DNA from: Octopus sinensis
Lineage: Eukaryota
Assembly (NCBI RefSeq): GCF_006345805.1
Contig: NC_043012.1
Location: forward strand, 46,934,001 to 46,998,000
Length of the DNA: 64,000 nucleotides
Reading direction: 5' to 3'
Part shown: positions 1-12,571 of the stretch, piece after piece
Layout of the letters: each line of letters begins with the position of its first letter
Position numbering within the stretch: the stretch's first letter is position 1
Program-made: the position numbers and the translations under genes
Notes under the pieces: model-generated
The model's input: the letters and a program-made list of their open reading frames with translations, nothing else
Told to the model about the DNA's origin: nothing
Database searches by the model: none

Positions 1-604
1 TTTGCTGTTGAATAAATTCTATTGCGGCTCTTTTGTAACGATACACGAAACAGCTGAATGGAATTGTCTATTCGGAATTCCTAGCATTTCTGCATTTTCT
101 TGTTAATGTAACAGAAAAAAAGAAGGTTTAAAAAGGTTTTCCTAAGTGGACATTTTGAGGTACATGACAGGAAAAAAGCGGACAAATGAAATGGCATTTG
201 CAAATAAGAAAATAGAAATAAATAACTATTGGCCGAGTTTTTAATCAATTTCAGGAAAGAAATATCTGCAATTATTGAAGCGTTCAAATTTCAGTGTGAA
301 TGCAAGTAAATTCATAGTGTAAAGTACAGAGAGTAAAAGGTGTGTTCGTGGGATCGGAGATTAATTTAGAGGAGGAATGTTTTTTTGTGTATGTTATGGA
401 CATAAATGCATTCAAAAATAAAAAAAAAGTAAAGAAGGGAGCTGACTTAAAGATAAGACGATAACTTTTTATGTTAGGCAACGGTGTCTCATACATTTGG
501 TGATTTCTGAGATGTTCTTTTCCCTTTTGAGCTTCAAATATATACATAAATATATAGATACTCACATATGCATACATACACACACATACATATATATATA
601 TATA

Positions 605-737
605 TTAGGTTGAGGAAAAAGATCGTGCGCCGTATTAAAATAATGCATTTTTAAATATATTTTGTGGTGTATATGTTCATTTTTTGCGATGTGTGTGTTC
701 GTTTTAACACGACGCAGGAACTTTTCCCTCAACCTAG
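605..737. mobile_element. Mariner-type MITE, 133 bp, 36-bp imperfect TIRs, TA flanks
   Basis: 605-640 TTAGGTTGAGGAAAAAGATCGTGCGCCGTATTAAAA matches the reverse complement of 702-737 at 30/36 positions. TA at 603-604 and 738-739. A TTAGGTTG terminus resembles mariner-family TIRs. Confidence 0.75.
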
Positions 738-1511
738 TATATATATATGAAGGAAGGTGGTTAGAGTATTACATTTACGATGACCAGATCGTAGGCTCAA
801 TACCCGAACTAGGCACGGCGAATTTTATTCGTGAGGAAACACTTGATTTTGCGTTAATCTGCCATAATTTCGACTTGTAACGTGTTGCATAATTGCAGAT
901 TTAATGGATGGAGGAACCTCATGTACAGCACTTACAATTCATCATAATAAACAAATAATTTGTGCAGGTCCCTCAGCTGAAGCTAGACTATCATAGGTCA
1001 TCTTCGATGGGGGATTCCATCCAGAATTCATGAATAGATCTATGTACTGCGGAGCCCTGAAAAGGTGGATAAATGTTATCCTCAGATATGTCTATGATCT
1101 CTTGCTTTCGAATTAGAACCTAGAGAAGTAGGACAAATCAGATAACCCTCAGTGCTCACTCTGCCGGTGTAGACTGACAATGGATCGCTGCTGAGCTTCT
1201 GCTAAGTAGCACTAGGCCAAAGACGATATATGTAGAATCGCAGTCAGTGCTTAAGGGGATCATGCACATGATAAGTACGGCAAAAGTGAAATCTAAAGCA
1301 ACAGAATCTCAATCAACATTCTACATAACTGGGGGCAGCAATTCATGACGAGAAACAGCTATGCCATACGAAGCACGGTAATGAAGTCTTCTGGGTGATT
1401 CGAATGACTGGGAGTGCTCAACGAAGTCACCCGAAAAAGTGACATGAGAGCGGATACATACAAAATTCCAGTTCATCAGGGCAACTGATTTTGATTCAAT
1501 TCAAGCTGCAT

Positions 1512-1561
1512 TAAATAATAATAACATCATTAACAACAACAACAACAATAATAATAATAAT

Positions 1562-1654
<93 letters not shown>

Positions 1655-1705
1655 AATAATAATAATAATAGTAATAATAACAATGATAATAATTATAATA
1701 TTAAT
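1512..1705. repeat. Compound (AAT)n/(AAC)n microsatellite
   Basis: Direct reading; explains the poly-Leu ORF 1501-1683. Confidence 0.95.
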
Positions 1706-3010
1706 AGTCCCGGGCTAAATAACAACATGGACGTACACTAAGCAGCTCTCTCCACGAAACAAACCCAATCTAATAACATTGGTGCGGTGGAAGGAAATCT
1801 TTGCAATACATCTTGGGAAGAATTTCTGTTAAAGCAGCGGAACTAAAAAACCGCAAAGAGTTTTGTCATATAAAGGGTAGTTTCTTTCTTAAATGCCCGA
1901 TATAGAATCCAGCAACAGGAAACCTGGAAAAAAACCCACTTACACACTAACTATGGGATTTGAATAGTTACCTGTACATGCAACCGTCCATGTGTCCATG
2001 TACACATGTTTATATTTATGGGCCACAGAAATACTCCCTACATGACACACACATAAACACACGGAAAATAAAAGGAAAACACGTGTCGCGAGCGACACCG
2101 AACCAAGCACTAACACAAACAAAAAAAAAATGACTTCCCACAAATGAATAGAAAAAAAGGAGCAAATTAGTCACTCAGTTTAAAACAGCCAAAACAAAAG
2201 GTGATTTTCTATCTTTCAGCTTACGATATAATAAATATATCCATTCGAAGAACAAGGAAGCATAGTCAGGTTAAAAAGTCATCTCTGACCAAACAGACTC
2301 GTCTCCTAATGTCACTGTCAATGCCTTAATGACAAGCCAAAACCCACGCCGGATCGTTCATCAACCGCGACTATAAGGACTGCGTTACTCAGTGGGGCAC
2401 AAGGGTGGGGTCGAAAAGTCTGCTGCTGGAACAAGCTCTCTAAAAAACGATTTACTAGGTAACCAGATCCAGGATAACACTAACGCTAGGTATGTAGTGA
2501 CACCACCAAAAGCATCACACAAAGCAAAACGCATAAAATGGAATAGAGAGGATTTTAGTGGTGCGTTGAAAGCTTTCTATATAGCCCAACTAATCCCAAA
2601 CATTAGCCTCAAAGTACCAACTTATGTTTCATAGAAAAATGCAGCTATATAGATGCAAATAAACAAATTAATGTCCGTAGAGACATCATTAACTGACAGT
2701 GAAATTAGCCAAATTAGGACATAAATATCTCATGGTAGACCGAATGAAAACAGCAGCAAAGCAGATGAAATAGGTAACAGATGCACAGAACCCAGTGTAA
2801 GAGCAGTACATCCCAACGAGGAAGCTGAAAAAACAATAGATATGTGGAACAAGAGGAGAAAGAAGACCTACCTCAAGAATACCAGAATAGGTATGACACA
2901 GAATTTGAGGCGAATAATAGATATCATAGCAGCAGAAGAATATATGAGAGAACTCAGCAAGACTGAGTCTACTGACATAATCAATAGAGAACCACTGGCA
3001 AATCCTGTTT
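1706..3010 (+). mobile_element. Degenerate 5' portion of an R4/Dong-like non-LTR retrotransposon
   Basis: ORF 2392-2634 has KAKRIKWNREDF..ALKAFYIA. 2645-2720 reads YIDANK..NVRRDI..LTDSEISQIR with frameshifts, the N-terminal pattern of R4/Dong ORFs. Begins right after a TAA-type repeat. Confidence 0.55.
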
Positions 3011-3016
3011 GTTGTT

Positions 3017-3062
3017 AACACAACGTTTCGGCTGATATAACCTCCAGTCTTCATCAGGTGTC
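3017..3062 (-). ncRNA. Minimal type I hammerhead ribozyme motif (PLE-associated)
   Basis: Minus strand GACAC-CUGAUGA-A-GACUG(GAGGUUAUAU)CAGCC-GAAAC-GUU-GUGUU. Canonical core; stem I GACAC/GUGUU; stem II with one A-C mismatch; palindromic AACGUU helix III. Confidence 0.7.
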
Positions 3063-3106
3063 TTGGAGAAATTACGAACCTGGTATTTTTCGATGTTATT
3101 ATTATT

Positions 3107-3172
3107 AATCGAACTCGGAATCTTGGGGTTAGTAGCCCGCGCTCTTAACCACTATGCCATATGTCCGTGAGC
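3107..3172 (-). promoter_or_regulatory. tRNA-derived head with Pol III A and B boxes, not a functional tRNA
   Basis: A-box TGGCATAGTGG (fwd 3149-3159), B-box-like GAGTTCGATT (fwd 3107-3116), anticodon-loop-like CTACTAA with an imperfect stem; no 3' acceptor strand. Confidence 0.6.
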
Positions 3173-3174
3173 AT

Positions 3175-3530
3175 ATGTAGAGTAAATTTTAGGGCTAATA
3201 AGTCTAATATTTTCCTATCCTTCCTTAATACGGCTTCCCATATGCTATTCATATCTGCACTTTGCCTACTTAAGAGGTTGTTATGTCCTAGCATATGTGC
3301 TGCTTCTTTTAGTTTTCGTATATTCCAGTGGTGTTCTCTATCTATTATTTTAACTTCATCCCACAGGGGGAGGTGGTTTCCATACATGATCAGTTATATC
3401 CGATTTATCAATATCTCCACGTGCCACAGCTTTGCGATGTTACTATACACTTATTTCCAGGGTGCGGCATGTTTCACCTTTGTATAAATCCAGAATTCCA
3501 GGGTGCACGTCGGGTATAACTTAAAGATTA
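3175..3530 (-). pseudogene. Penelope-like element, GIY-YIG endonuclease C-terminal relic
   Basis: ORF 3145-3387 NHLPLWDEVKIIDREHHWNIRKLKEAAHM is the typical post-GIY-YIG tail of PLEs; same strand as the downstream tRNA head and HHR. Confidence 0.75.
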
Positions 3531-4852
3531 ATATAGAAGACGGTGTGTAAGAAAACATATTTATTTGCACAAGAAACGTTTCGGCATCATGTTGCACTGC
3601 TCTCTAGTGGCCATGTAGCTTGAGCGATATCGAAATATACTTCTGTGAACTTATAAAAATATTAAAACCCCCTGAGAAGGCTCTTGTGCCTCTTGAGGCG
3701 GCATCTGATGTTATTGCATTGTTCCACGTCCACTAAGGAGCAGAGAGGCATGAAACTGAAACAATTGTTGTGCCGATAAATGCCTTTTGTTACACTCCAT
3801 CTTCTGTATTAATTTTTAATATACATACATACATACATACATACATACATACATACATGCAGATATACTTACGAATTACAAATGACCGTGAAATAATAGG
3901 TTCGATGATGAGGCGTAAAAGGTGTCTTGCCTTGTATCGCGGACAGAAATAATTTATTCTACAATGCAATATCGATTAAATTTTTAGTTAACAAATAACA
4001 AATATTTAATGATGTTTCTCACTAAATATAGTAATGAAAGCTTGTAAATACTTTGCAAAAATATGATTACCTACGTCATCAAACATGTCAGATATGAAAT
4101 TTCTATACAGAAGAGCATTGAGGTCTCTTCTGCAGAAGGAAAGTATGCACAAGGGAATCTAAATTATAGAACAAACATTGATGTAAATAAGCTGCACCAG
4201 ACCGAGTTAGGTATTAGTCTAATTGACATTTCTGCACAGAAATACATCGAACAAAATATTAACAATAAACGTAATCCTTCTGAAGAGAATTTAATTGAAT
4301 AAAATTAAATAAATGGTACCAATCTGAAACCTAAACACACACACTCACTCACACACACGCACACACACACACATACACACACACACACGCACACAATTAG
4401 AATAAAACATTTAACAACAATACGAAAATTATTGTATGCGAATACTAATATCATGTTACTAAATGACTATATAGAGAAAGGTTTTTTATGGTAAGCCATA
4501 AACGACTAAACTCACATTAAAGAGATGAAAGCGAAGACAAAGTCTAATCATAACATGCTGGCAGCTTTGGTTACTAATCTCATCTTTTGTCAAATCTGTG
4601 GATTTGTCTGAGAATCGGTGGTTGGATTTAGGGTCTCACAAGAAAGATAGACATCATTACAAAAACAAATGACAACAAAAGACTAAAAACACATAAACAA
4701 ATAAAGCTACGTTAGACCTTCATACGTCGAAATCGACTAGAGATTCCAATATACATAATGTGCACATGCATACATGCATATATACACACACGCACAAAAA
4801 CACACACACATACATACATATATGTGTGTGTGTATGTGAGTATTTGCATGTG

Positions 4853-4886
<34 letters not shown>

Positions 4887-6969
4887 AACGATTCTCTCGT
4901 ACACTGGCTTAATAATTTCTGCTTCGTCTCATTGTTTTGGTATAAGCAGTTCAATGTTTTTGCACTTCTCTCAATGAAGATCTACTCAGGTAAAACACAA
5001 AAGTTAATAATAAGATAAGCATTACCGATGTCAGATAATGAATGCCCCTTGTTTGAGCGCTTATTGGATGCGGGGCTCACCCAAGCAAAGGACTTAGTGA
5101 AACGTCGAGTGTTAAAAATCACTGTATCTCCGGTGTCATTCCGTTCGTTTCGTTTGAAACATTCAGCGTTGTTTTAACACACGACGTCTTAAAGGGTCTT
5201 TTCCCAGAGCCAAGGAGTGCATGAGGAAGATATTTACATTAAGTATGTAATATTAACAACTTTTACATTATTAAAGCTTCTTCTAATTAAACATTTGATT
5301 TTGTTTCTTTTGTGTGTGGCACTGTTGTACATTAGCAACTCAGAGCAGAGACTAGAATTTATTTCGCGGTAAGTAGGTTATACGTTGCCGTCGAGCAGAA
5401 ATAGCAGTGAAATATGAATTTCAATCGTTTTCGTTCTCCTACGAAGTGATTCATTTCGTTTGGGTGGAGGTATTCAATGTTTCTTAACATTCGATGTCTT
5501 AATGATGTTGTTCAATGGACGAGTCCTGCATCCAAGAAGTGCACAAACACGTCATATGCATTAAGTATGTGACATCGGTAATAAAACTAAATATATTCTT
5601 TTAAAAATGTCATAATTCACCCTGTTATAGCGATGTGCACTTATTTATCAAGAGCCAGTAATTTAGAAATTGATTTCTTCTCAAACCTGTGCAACATCAA
5701 CGGCTGTTTAACAGGTCATATTCAGCACGGAATCACACTTTGCGTATATAATAAGTGGAATATACGGACGCGATTATACTGTCTGAATTCTTCGCCGGAA
5801 CTTCAGTTTCTACACCGCAAAAGCTATCTCGCTTAATATCACATCTACCCAAGCTTACTTCATTTTAGGATCTGTAGTTTTCTTGATAAAGTTTCTGCGC
5901 TGCTCCGCCTAAATTTCACACTGGTATCTCTCCATAGCATTATTCCCTAGTTCTAAGCCCCAGAAAATCTCTCTCAACTGATGTTTTCTCCACGTAAGTC
6001 GACCAACATGAGTTAAAGCATCGCACAATCAACGTTAGGTGTCGAGTGTTTAGCATCGTCTCTCTTACTACCTCTTTCCCCTTTCTGTTTATACACACAC
6101 ATACACAAACACTCACACACAGACATGTATGTGTGCGTGTGTCTGTGTGTGAATGACTCTACTTGTTATGGTGTTATGCATTAGTGATGATGACTCCATT
6201 ATCTCCAAAGTCCTTGATATGCTCTGGCACGGAGTGATATCAAACAACCATTATTGTGAGCATAGTGTAGTTTACAGAGTTAAAAGATAATTTGAATCGA
6301 AAATCAATGTATGTGTTGTTATACTTTCAGAACATTCATGATTACCATTTTCCAGTAATTATCAACAATTAAAATTTCATAAAATATTAACTTCATTATA
6401 GGTGGAAATACTTGATTTTCGTTAGGACGCACTTGACGCCTCTCTACAAATTACAGTGAGACATATCGTATCGTTATGGATTTGCCAAATTCCATTAAAT
6501 CACTCTCTGTAACTTATACTGAGGTAACACATTGGTATAGAATGATGTGTAACCAGATTATAGTTGCTACTAATTAAAAAGATCTCATTTGATCAAAAGC
6601 AATGGCTTTTATTTTAGCATCGTATAAATAGAGATAGTTTTGTCCCTATTGTGTTATTCGGTTTTCATTCGCAGAATAATAATTTCATAACAGGTTTTCT
6701 TTGTTTAGAAGTTTTGAGTAGAAATATCACATTTTGATTTCAAACACACTACCTCCATCCGATTTAAACTGAAATCAAATTATGGTCACTTCTTTAGGAT
6801 TTACCGCCATTCCTTCGTTTGCCACAAAGATTATTGCTTTGCAAGCCGGTGCTCTATACTACACATTGCTTATTGAAATCATATAATTTCGATATTCAGC
6901 AGTTATTAAAATAATGTTCAGAATCTTCTGAGCCTGAGTATTAGTAAATGCATAAAATCATACATTCAT

Positions 6970-6983
6970 GCATACACACACAT

Positions 6984-7059
<76 letters not shown>

Positions 7060-7081
7060 GATACTATTAGATAATGTATAT

Positions 7082-7128
<47 letters not shown>

Positions 7129-7146
7129 GTGTGTATATGTATATAC

Positions 7147-7186
<40 letters not shown>

Positions 7187-7230
7187 ATTTTTGTGTGTGT
7201 GTATGTGTGTATGTATGCATGCATGCAAGT
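6970..7230. repeat. Compound (CA)n-(TA)n-(GT)n microsatellite
   Basis: Direct reading. Confidence 0.95.
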
Positions 7231-8004
7231 ATGTATGCAAGTTTTGGTTATAGAAACTTCCATACGCTCACGAGATCAGAATTTCTGCTTTGGAAAAGTA
7301 CTAATTCTCCGGTATTTTGAAATTTTTAGATGAGTAAATCATGTATAGTTTTATAAATGAAATATTGATCACCTAAAAGAAGACTGGAAATGTTACATTA
7401 GTCCCGTTAAATATCCGATCGATTGTGCATATGAAGTTGCTATCCTGAATTCTAGCTTATTTCTTTGATTGCTTTACCGTTTCGCTTTTGTTGCAATATT
7501 TAGAAATAATATCAGCCTGTCAAATTACTGTATGAATTACAATGCTGAATGTCATGCATATATTGTTTTTTTTTCTCGTCTTCTTTAAATAATAACGTAT
7601 AACAAAACTTCAATAAAGGAAAATAAATGAATTTAAAGATAATTGCTGTTATTTCTATTTCATCAAGGGTTTTAACCAAATAATTACAATAGATTAAAGA
7701 AAACAAGAATTCAATAATACTATGAAGCATTCTCGGATATCATGTTCATTTTCGGTAATTTCAGGTTTCCTGCCAAATCACATCGTTACATCACAAAAAT
7801 AATTCCCCATTTCACGAAGCTGAAAATAGGATATTTATAAACATCTTTTATTAATTTATATTTAATGCGCACACAAGAATCATACAAAATTTAGACGGAC
7901 GCAAAACAATTTCATGTAAACGTGTATGCACCCATTCGAAGCAAATACACATTTGCATACACAGAACATAGAGACACAGACACATCCAAATCTCTCTCTT
8001 TCCC

Positions 8005-8037
<33 letters not shown>

Positions 8038-8131
8038 TTGTTACTCTCCCAGTCTCAGTTTCTTTCTCTATGTATACAGAGATGAAAAGAGAGTCAGAGA
8101 TAGAAAGAATGATACATACATGCATACGTAC

Positions 8132-8191
<60 letters not shown>

Positions 8192-8570
8192 TATATACAT
8201 GCTCATAAGGTTATAGGTATAAATGTGTGTCGTTGTTTACAGATAATCGATGTCTTGCCAACATAGACAAAATGTTGTCGGTTTTTGTTTCTCTGTATAT
8301 GTATCAATACCCACACTCAGACAAGCAATAAATCACACTCACATACACATATCTTCTTGCAAATATGTGGAACATAATGTAATAATGCGTTCTGATGATC
8401 TGTAGTAGTTCAGCGTCAATTTGTACTTGGCACATCTAATACAGAGGTTGTCAATAACCACAACGGGGAAACGTACCTAGGATAAACTTGCGTTTATTTG
8501 TTTGTTTCTATATTTGCCCTAATTACTTTAAAGACCCGTTGGAAGCAGACACGTTGATGCATTTAACTGA

Positions 8571-8685
<115 letters not shown>

Positions 8686-9506
8686 CACCTCTAAATTGGA
8701 AGCAGACTCGTTGATGCATTTAAATGAACATATATATATATATATATAACATTCACACAATCACACTCTTACACGCGCATACATATATACATATCTATAT
8801 GCGTGTTTTCATTTGTAAGTGTGAGTATAAGTGATTGTTAAATATGGAAACAGATCCTGTTGCATGTTGCTTTATATTTACACATCTAAAATTCATGGAA
8901 AGTGATCAAGAAGTTCACAAAGATATAGACTAGAAACGTTTTCTCCCTGGTACTCAGACCACAGAAAAGTCAGTTTCTTTCTTACAGTTAATAACTCGAT
9001 TTTCCGTGTCATGCGACAACCTGAATTATGGTACGTCCTCATTCTCTATATTCATTTCGTTTTCTTGGCTCAAATGAGTATTTTTTTTCTCTGGGTAACT
9101 TGGTATGACAGCACAAATCTGTACACTTATCATATACAGTAAGCATTTCTATAAGCACACATCGTTGATGCAATGATAAGAGCCGCAGCCATATTACTTG
9201 TTTGCAAAGCCTCGCCGACATCATCTGAGATAAACTGATTTGATATTCAAATTTGTCTTCCATAATGCCTGGTGCGAGTAATCTTTCATATACAGTATGA
9301 CGAATAGCTTGAATAAGTATATATTCCAAGAAACAAGGATTACGTTCTAAGTTCAAAGCCTACAGAATTTTCTTTTCACTCTTTTGGAAATGAATAAGTA
9401 AGGACCTTTCAAACCGTGAAAAAAGTAAAGCATGAAATTGATTTTTATTCCTTTTCCAAAAATTCAGGCGTTGTTCTTTAGTTAGAAAAGAACATAAACT
9501 CAGTCT

Positions 9507-9713
9507 TCATCTTCTCCAAAATCTGCTTTTGTTTTTGCATTTATCTTGCACTTCTATCAATAGATATGTTCCGCTCGAAAATGGTATCACGATGACCTTG
9601 TTAAAATTAGCGATGCAAATTTTAGTTACGAAAGGCTTACGAAATCTGCATGGGAGATTAGAATCAACTAAGAGAATGGTGAACCTAGAACCTATACCTA
9701 TTTCGGATATCAT
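9507..9713 (-). pseudogene. Possible Helitron/Pif1-like helicase C-terminal fragment
   Basis: LLVDSNLPCRFRKPFVTKICIANFNK loosely resembles the Helitron helicase segment preceding the TINKSQG motif; weak and short. Confidence 0.3.
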
Positions 9714-9774
9714 TCAAAGTTTTAGACAAATTTCCACTCATTCTCCATAGAGTTAACCACGATTCATAACCTAT

Positions 9775-10128
9775 CTTTTATCTTTTACTTGTTTCACTGT
9801 GACACTGCTCTGAAGAATTTTTTTCTGTGTTTTTTTTTAAAGTCTAGTACTTATTTCATCGACCACTTTTGCCGGTCTGCCAAGTTACGGGAATGTGAAC
9901 ACTCCATCAGCGGTTGTCAAGCTATAATGGGGGACACAAAGACACACACACACTCACACACATACGACGGTTTCCTTTCCGTTTCTCTCCACAAAATCCA
10001 CTCACAAGACATCGGTCGGCCCGAGGCTGTAGTAGAAGACATTTGCCCAAGTTGCCAGGCAGTGGGACTGAACACAGACCCATGTGTTTAGGAAAGAAGT
10101 TTCTTGTCACACAGCCACGCTTGCGCCT
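9775..10128 (-). mobile_element. tRNA-derived SINE family A, diverged copy
   Basis: Colinear with the full-length copy at 46906-47322 (shared ...GTAGAAGACA.TTGCCCAAG..., ...AAATCCACTCACAAG..., central CA repeat, ...TACTTGTTTCA... tail). Confidence 0.85.
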
Positions 10129-11524
10129 GTTAATAATCATGTTTTTTCTCTCATGTGGTCCGTCGATCTGCAAGAAATAGCTACCATACCTCGTCAAATA
10201 TGGAAAAGAACATTGTTAAATGTTCAACTAAAATTCATTGAAATGTGTCAATATAAAAGTAGATTTTGGGGAATACAAATGAATTATATGTTTTAGCTTT
10301 ATGCCAAGACATGAAATGCGAAAGTGCCTCTACATTTTGAATTACATTGAATACCAAGTCATTTCATTATATTATATCATTTCATTATATTATATAATTT
10401 CACTCTACTATATCATGTAATTGCTATTGAGAAATTAATAAATATTTACGTGGATATTCAATATATGCAAAGTTATTCAAAACAATTCATTATGTCTTTT
10501 CTTAATCTGCTTCTTCCGATTTCAGGGACGTGACTAAAATGATTGCGTGTGTCTATTACTAGGAGAGACACCATTCAGTTCATGTATATTTTGAGAACTA
10601 CCTCGAAGCTGAATCACTTTTAGAATTCATCCAACAATTCAACCAAATACACTGTGAAGAAATAGTGAAAGTTTGTTAAAACAGAGTCGAGCTCTAATTG
10701 ATAAAAACAATTTAATTTCAAGGACAGCATTCAGAGCTGCACCTGTCAAAGAATAAAAGATATTGTTCTGTCTAGACGGAAGCAATAGAGACAAACAATA
10801 ACAGATGATGAGCGTCATGCTCCAAAATTCAATTGCATTTAATTAAACCGAACGTTTTACATAATACCAATTCCTTGAATAATTTGAAAGAAACTATTTG
10901 TTTCTCATACAATTTGTGTTGAATTCATGCATCTAAGTTACGTATTATGTTTAAAAGTTGAAATTAGACAGCTTACATGTACATTCTGTTTTCACCTGAT
11001 GTTGGAGAAGATACGTGCACCTATTACTGAATGCATATCCTTTAAGTGTTTAATAACTATTAGACAAATTGCTTTTAATGTAGCGTTTATTGTGAAATAT
11101 CGAATACAAAAACACGGGATGTTCGTTTACGATAAATAGATTTATATTGATTTGCATACGTTTTGTGTATTTTCGTAAAGGCGCGAACCTCTTCACTTTT
11201 CAGAGCGAGGCAATTACAAAATATCGCGAAATAAAAATATGTTACACGTAAGGGAAATAATGTAATATTAAAACTCATAGTTGAATTGACTTTTTCAGAC
11301 CCTCAGGCGTACATATACTGGAAGCTTCATGGACTTTAATCAGTTACGTCATCTTCGTTCGAATTTTGATATTAATTTTATAAATTTCTTAGAATTTTTT
11401 TAGCAATTGAGTTAATAAAGTTACTTGAAAGTTTATGAATATATACATAAGCACATACACCTGGAAATACATATTCAGCATACCGATTCGTTTATACTAC
11501 CAGTGAAATAAACCCCTCATATTC

Positions 11525-11551
11525 TATATCTATCTATCTTTCTATCTATCA

Positions 11552-11589
<38 letters not shown>

Positions 11590-11636
11590 ATCTATCTATC
11601 TATCTATCTACCTATCTATCTATCTATCTATCTATC
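11525..11636. repeat. (CTAT)n tetranucleotide microsatellite
   Basis: Direct reading. Confidence 0.95.
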
Positions 11637-11853
11637 GATATATGTATGTATATATGTACGTGTGTTTTTTCAATGTGTACAAACAACACAGAAAAAAAAA
11701 TAATTACTAGGGTAGAAAAATTTCACATAAGTGCCAAGAATGTTACAGCCTTCTTATAAAGGTAGAAATCCCAGGGATGAGTGAAATGTTTTTGTATCAC
11801 ATAGATAAATTAAGAAATGGAGTTCAACGCAGGTGTTATTCAAATATTTATAC

Positions 11854-11900
11854 TTCCGACATATGTTTCGAAGAAAACATTGGTATTATTCCTGAGGGAA
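11854..11900 (-). ncRNA. Degenerate hammerhead motif downstream of PLE RT fragment
   Basis: Minus strand UUCC-CUCAGGA-...-GAAAC-AUAU-GUC-GGAA. Stem I UUCC/GGAA, palindromic ACAUAUGU, GUC site; core G5->C and stem II decayed. Confidence 0.4.
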
Positions 11901-12019
11901 TAAAATGATGTGAAACAATGTAATCATCGCATTAGGGAAAAAAGAGAAACGAAACACATCAAGGAGTCATTTTAAGTGAATGTGAATACCGCGTATATGA
12001 TGACGGGAACGCTGGAAAG

Positions 12020-12571
12020 TTATTTTTTGTAAATTCCAAAATTCCAAAATTCCAAAAGTTTATCAATGCTCTCCTTCCAAATCATAAAACATTCATCCAG
12101 GTATCTTTTCCAGTTTTCTCTTATATAATGGTGAAATGGATAGCCGTATTTTAGCAGTGACACTTCATATATGGTGAATTCAAAATAACACATTATCAGG
12201 TTCGCAAGAACAGGGTCTACTTTCGTTCCCATCGCAATTCTGCTTTCTTGACGATAATAAGTTTCATCAAATAAAAAATTGTTCTGAAGTATAAATTTTA
12301 AAACTTCAGTAATGAAGACCTGATCTATGCGTTCCGGAAGTACTTCGAGATGCTTTCCCAACCAGAATTTGATTGCATTTATTCCATGGTCATGTAGTAT
12401 GTTGGTGTAACGATTGATAACATCGAAGGAAACCAATAATGCCCCTTCATTAATTATTTTTGGTAGGTGCTGTAGCATGTCCAAATCGCCTCTAATCAAA
12501 CTGTTGATGTATTTCAGCAAGGGTTTCAGTAAGATGTTTAGAAAAATACTCAGGCGGTCGAGAAACAACAA
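12020..12571 (-). pseudogene. Penelope-like reverse transcriptase core fragment
   Basis: 183-aa frame with SFDV..YTNI, YYRQ..IAMGT..PVLANL.M and WKRYLDE (catalytic YLDD with D->E); truncated on both sides. Confidence 0.9.

Noticed and set aside
115-305. Two short AG...GT-bounded open segments
   Set aside because: Weak donors, and such segments are expected by chance in AT-rich DNA.
748-870. Decayed tRNA-SINE head
   Set aside because: A/B boxes too degenerate to support a call.
1465-1490. Minus-strand CTGATGA near 1472-1478
   Set aside because: No stem II-GAAA partner downstream.
3107-3172. Functional tRNA gene
   Set aside because: Anticodon stem mismatched and the 3' acceptor strand absent; kept only as a tRNA-derived head. 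The SINE heads at 39185, 46100, 46906 and 48250 are rejected as tRNAs for the same reason.
3570-3612. Minus-strand ...TGATGCCGAAACGTTTC resembling an HHR 3' half
   Set aside because: Upstream core reads CTAGAGA and stem I does not pair.
5075-5110. Hammerhead-like GGAC-TTA-GT-GAAAC-GTC-GAGT
   Set aside because: No recognisable CUGANGA and an incomplete stem II; too decayed to support.
9039-9356. 105-aa ORF as hAT transposase
   Set aside because: No convincing motif on manual translation; left unassigned.
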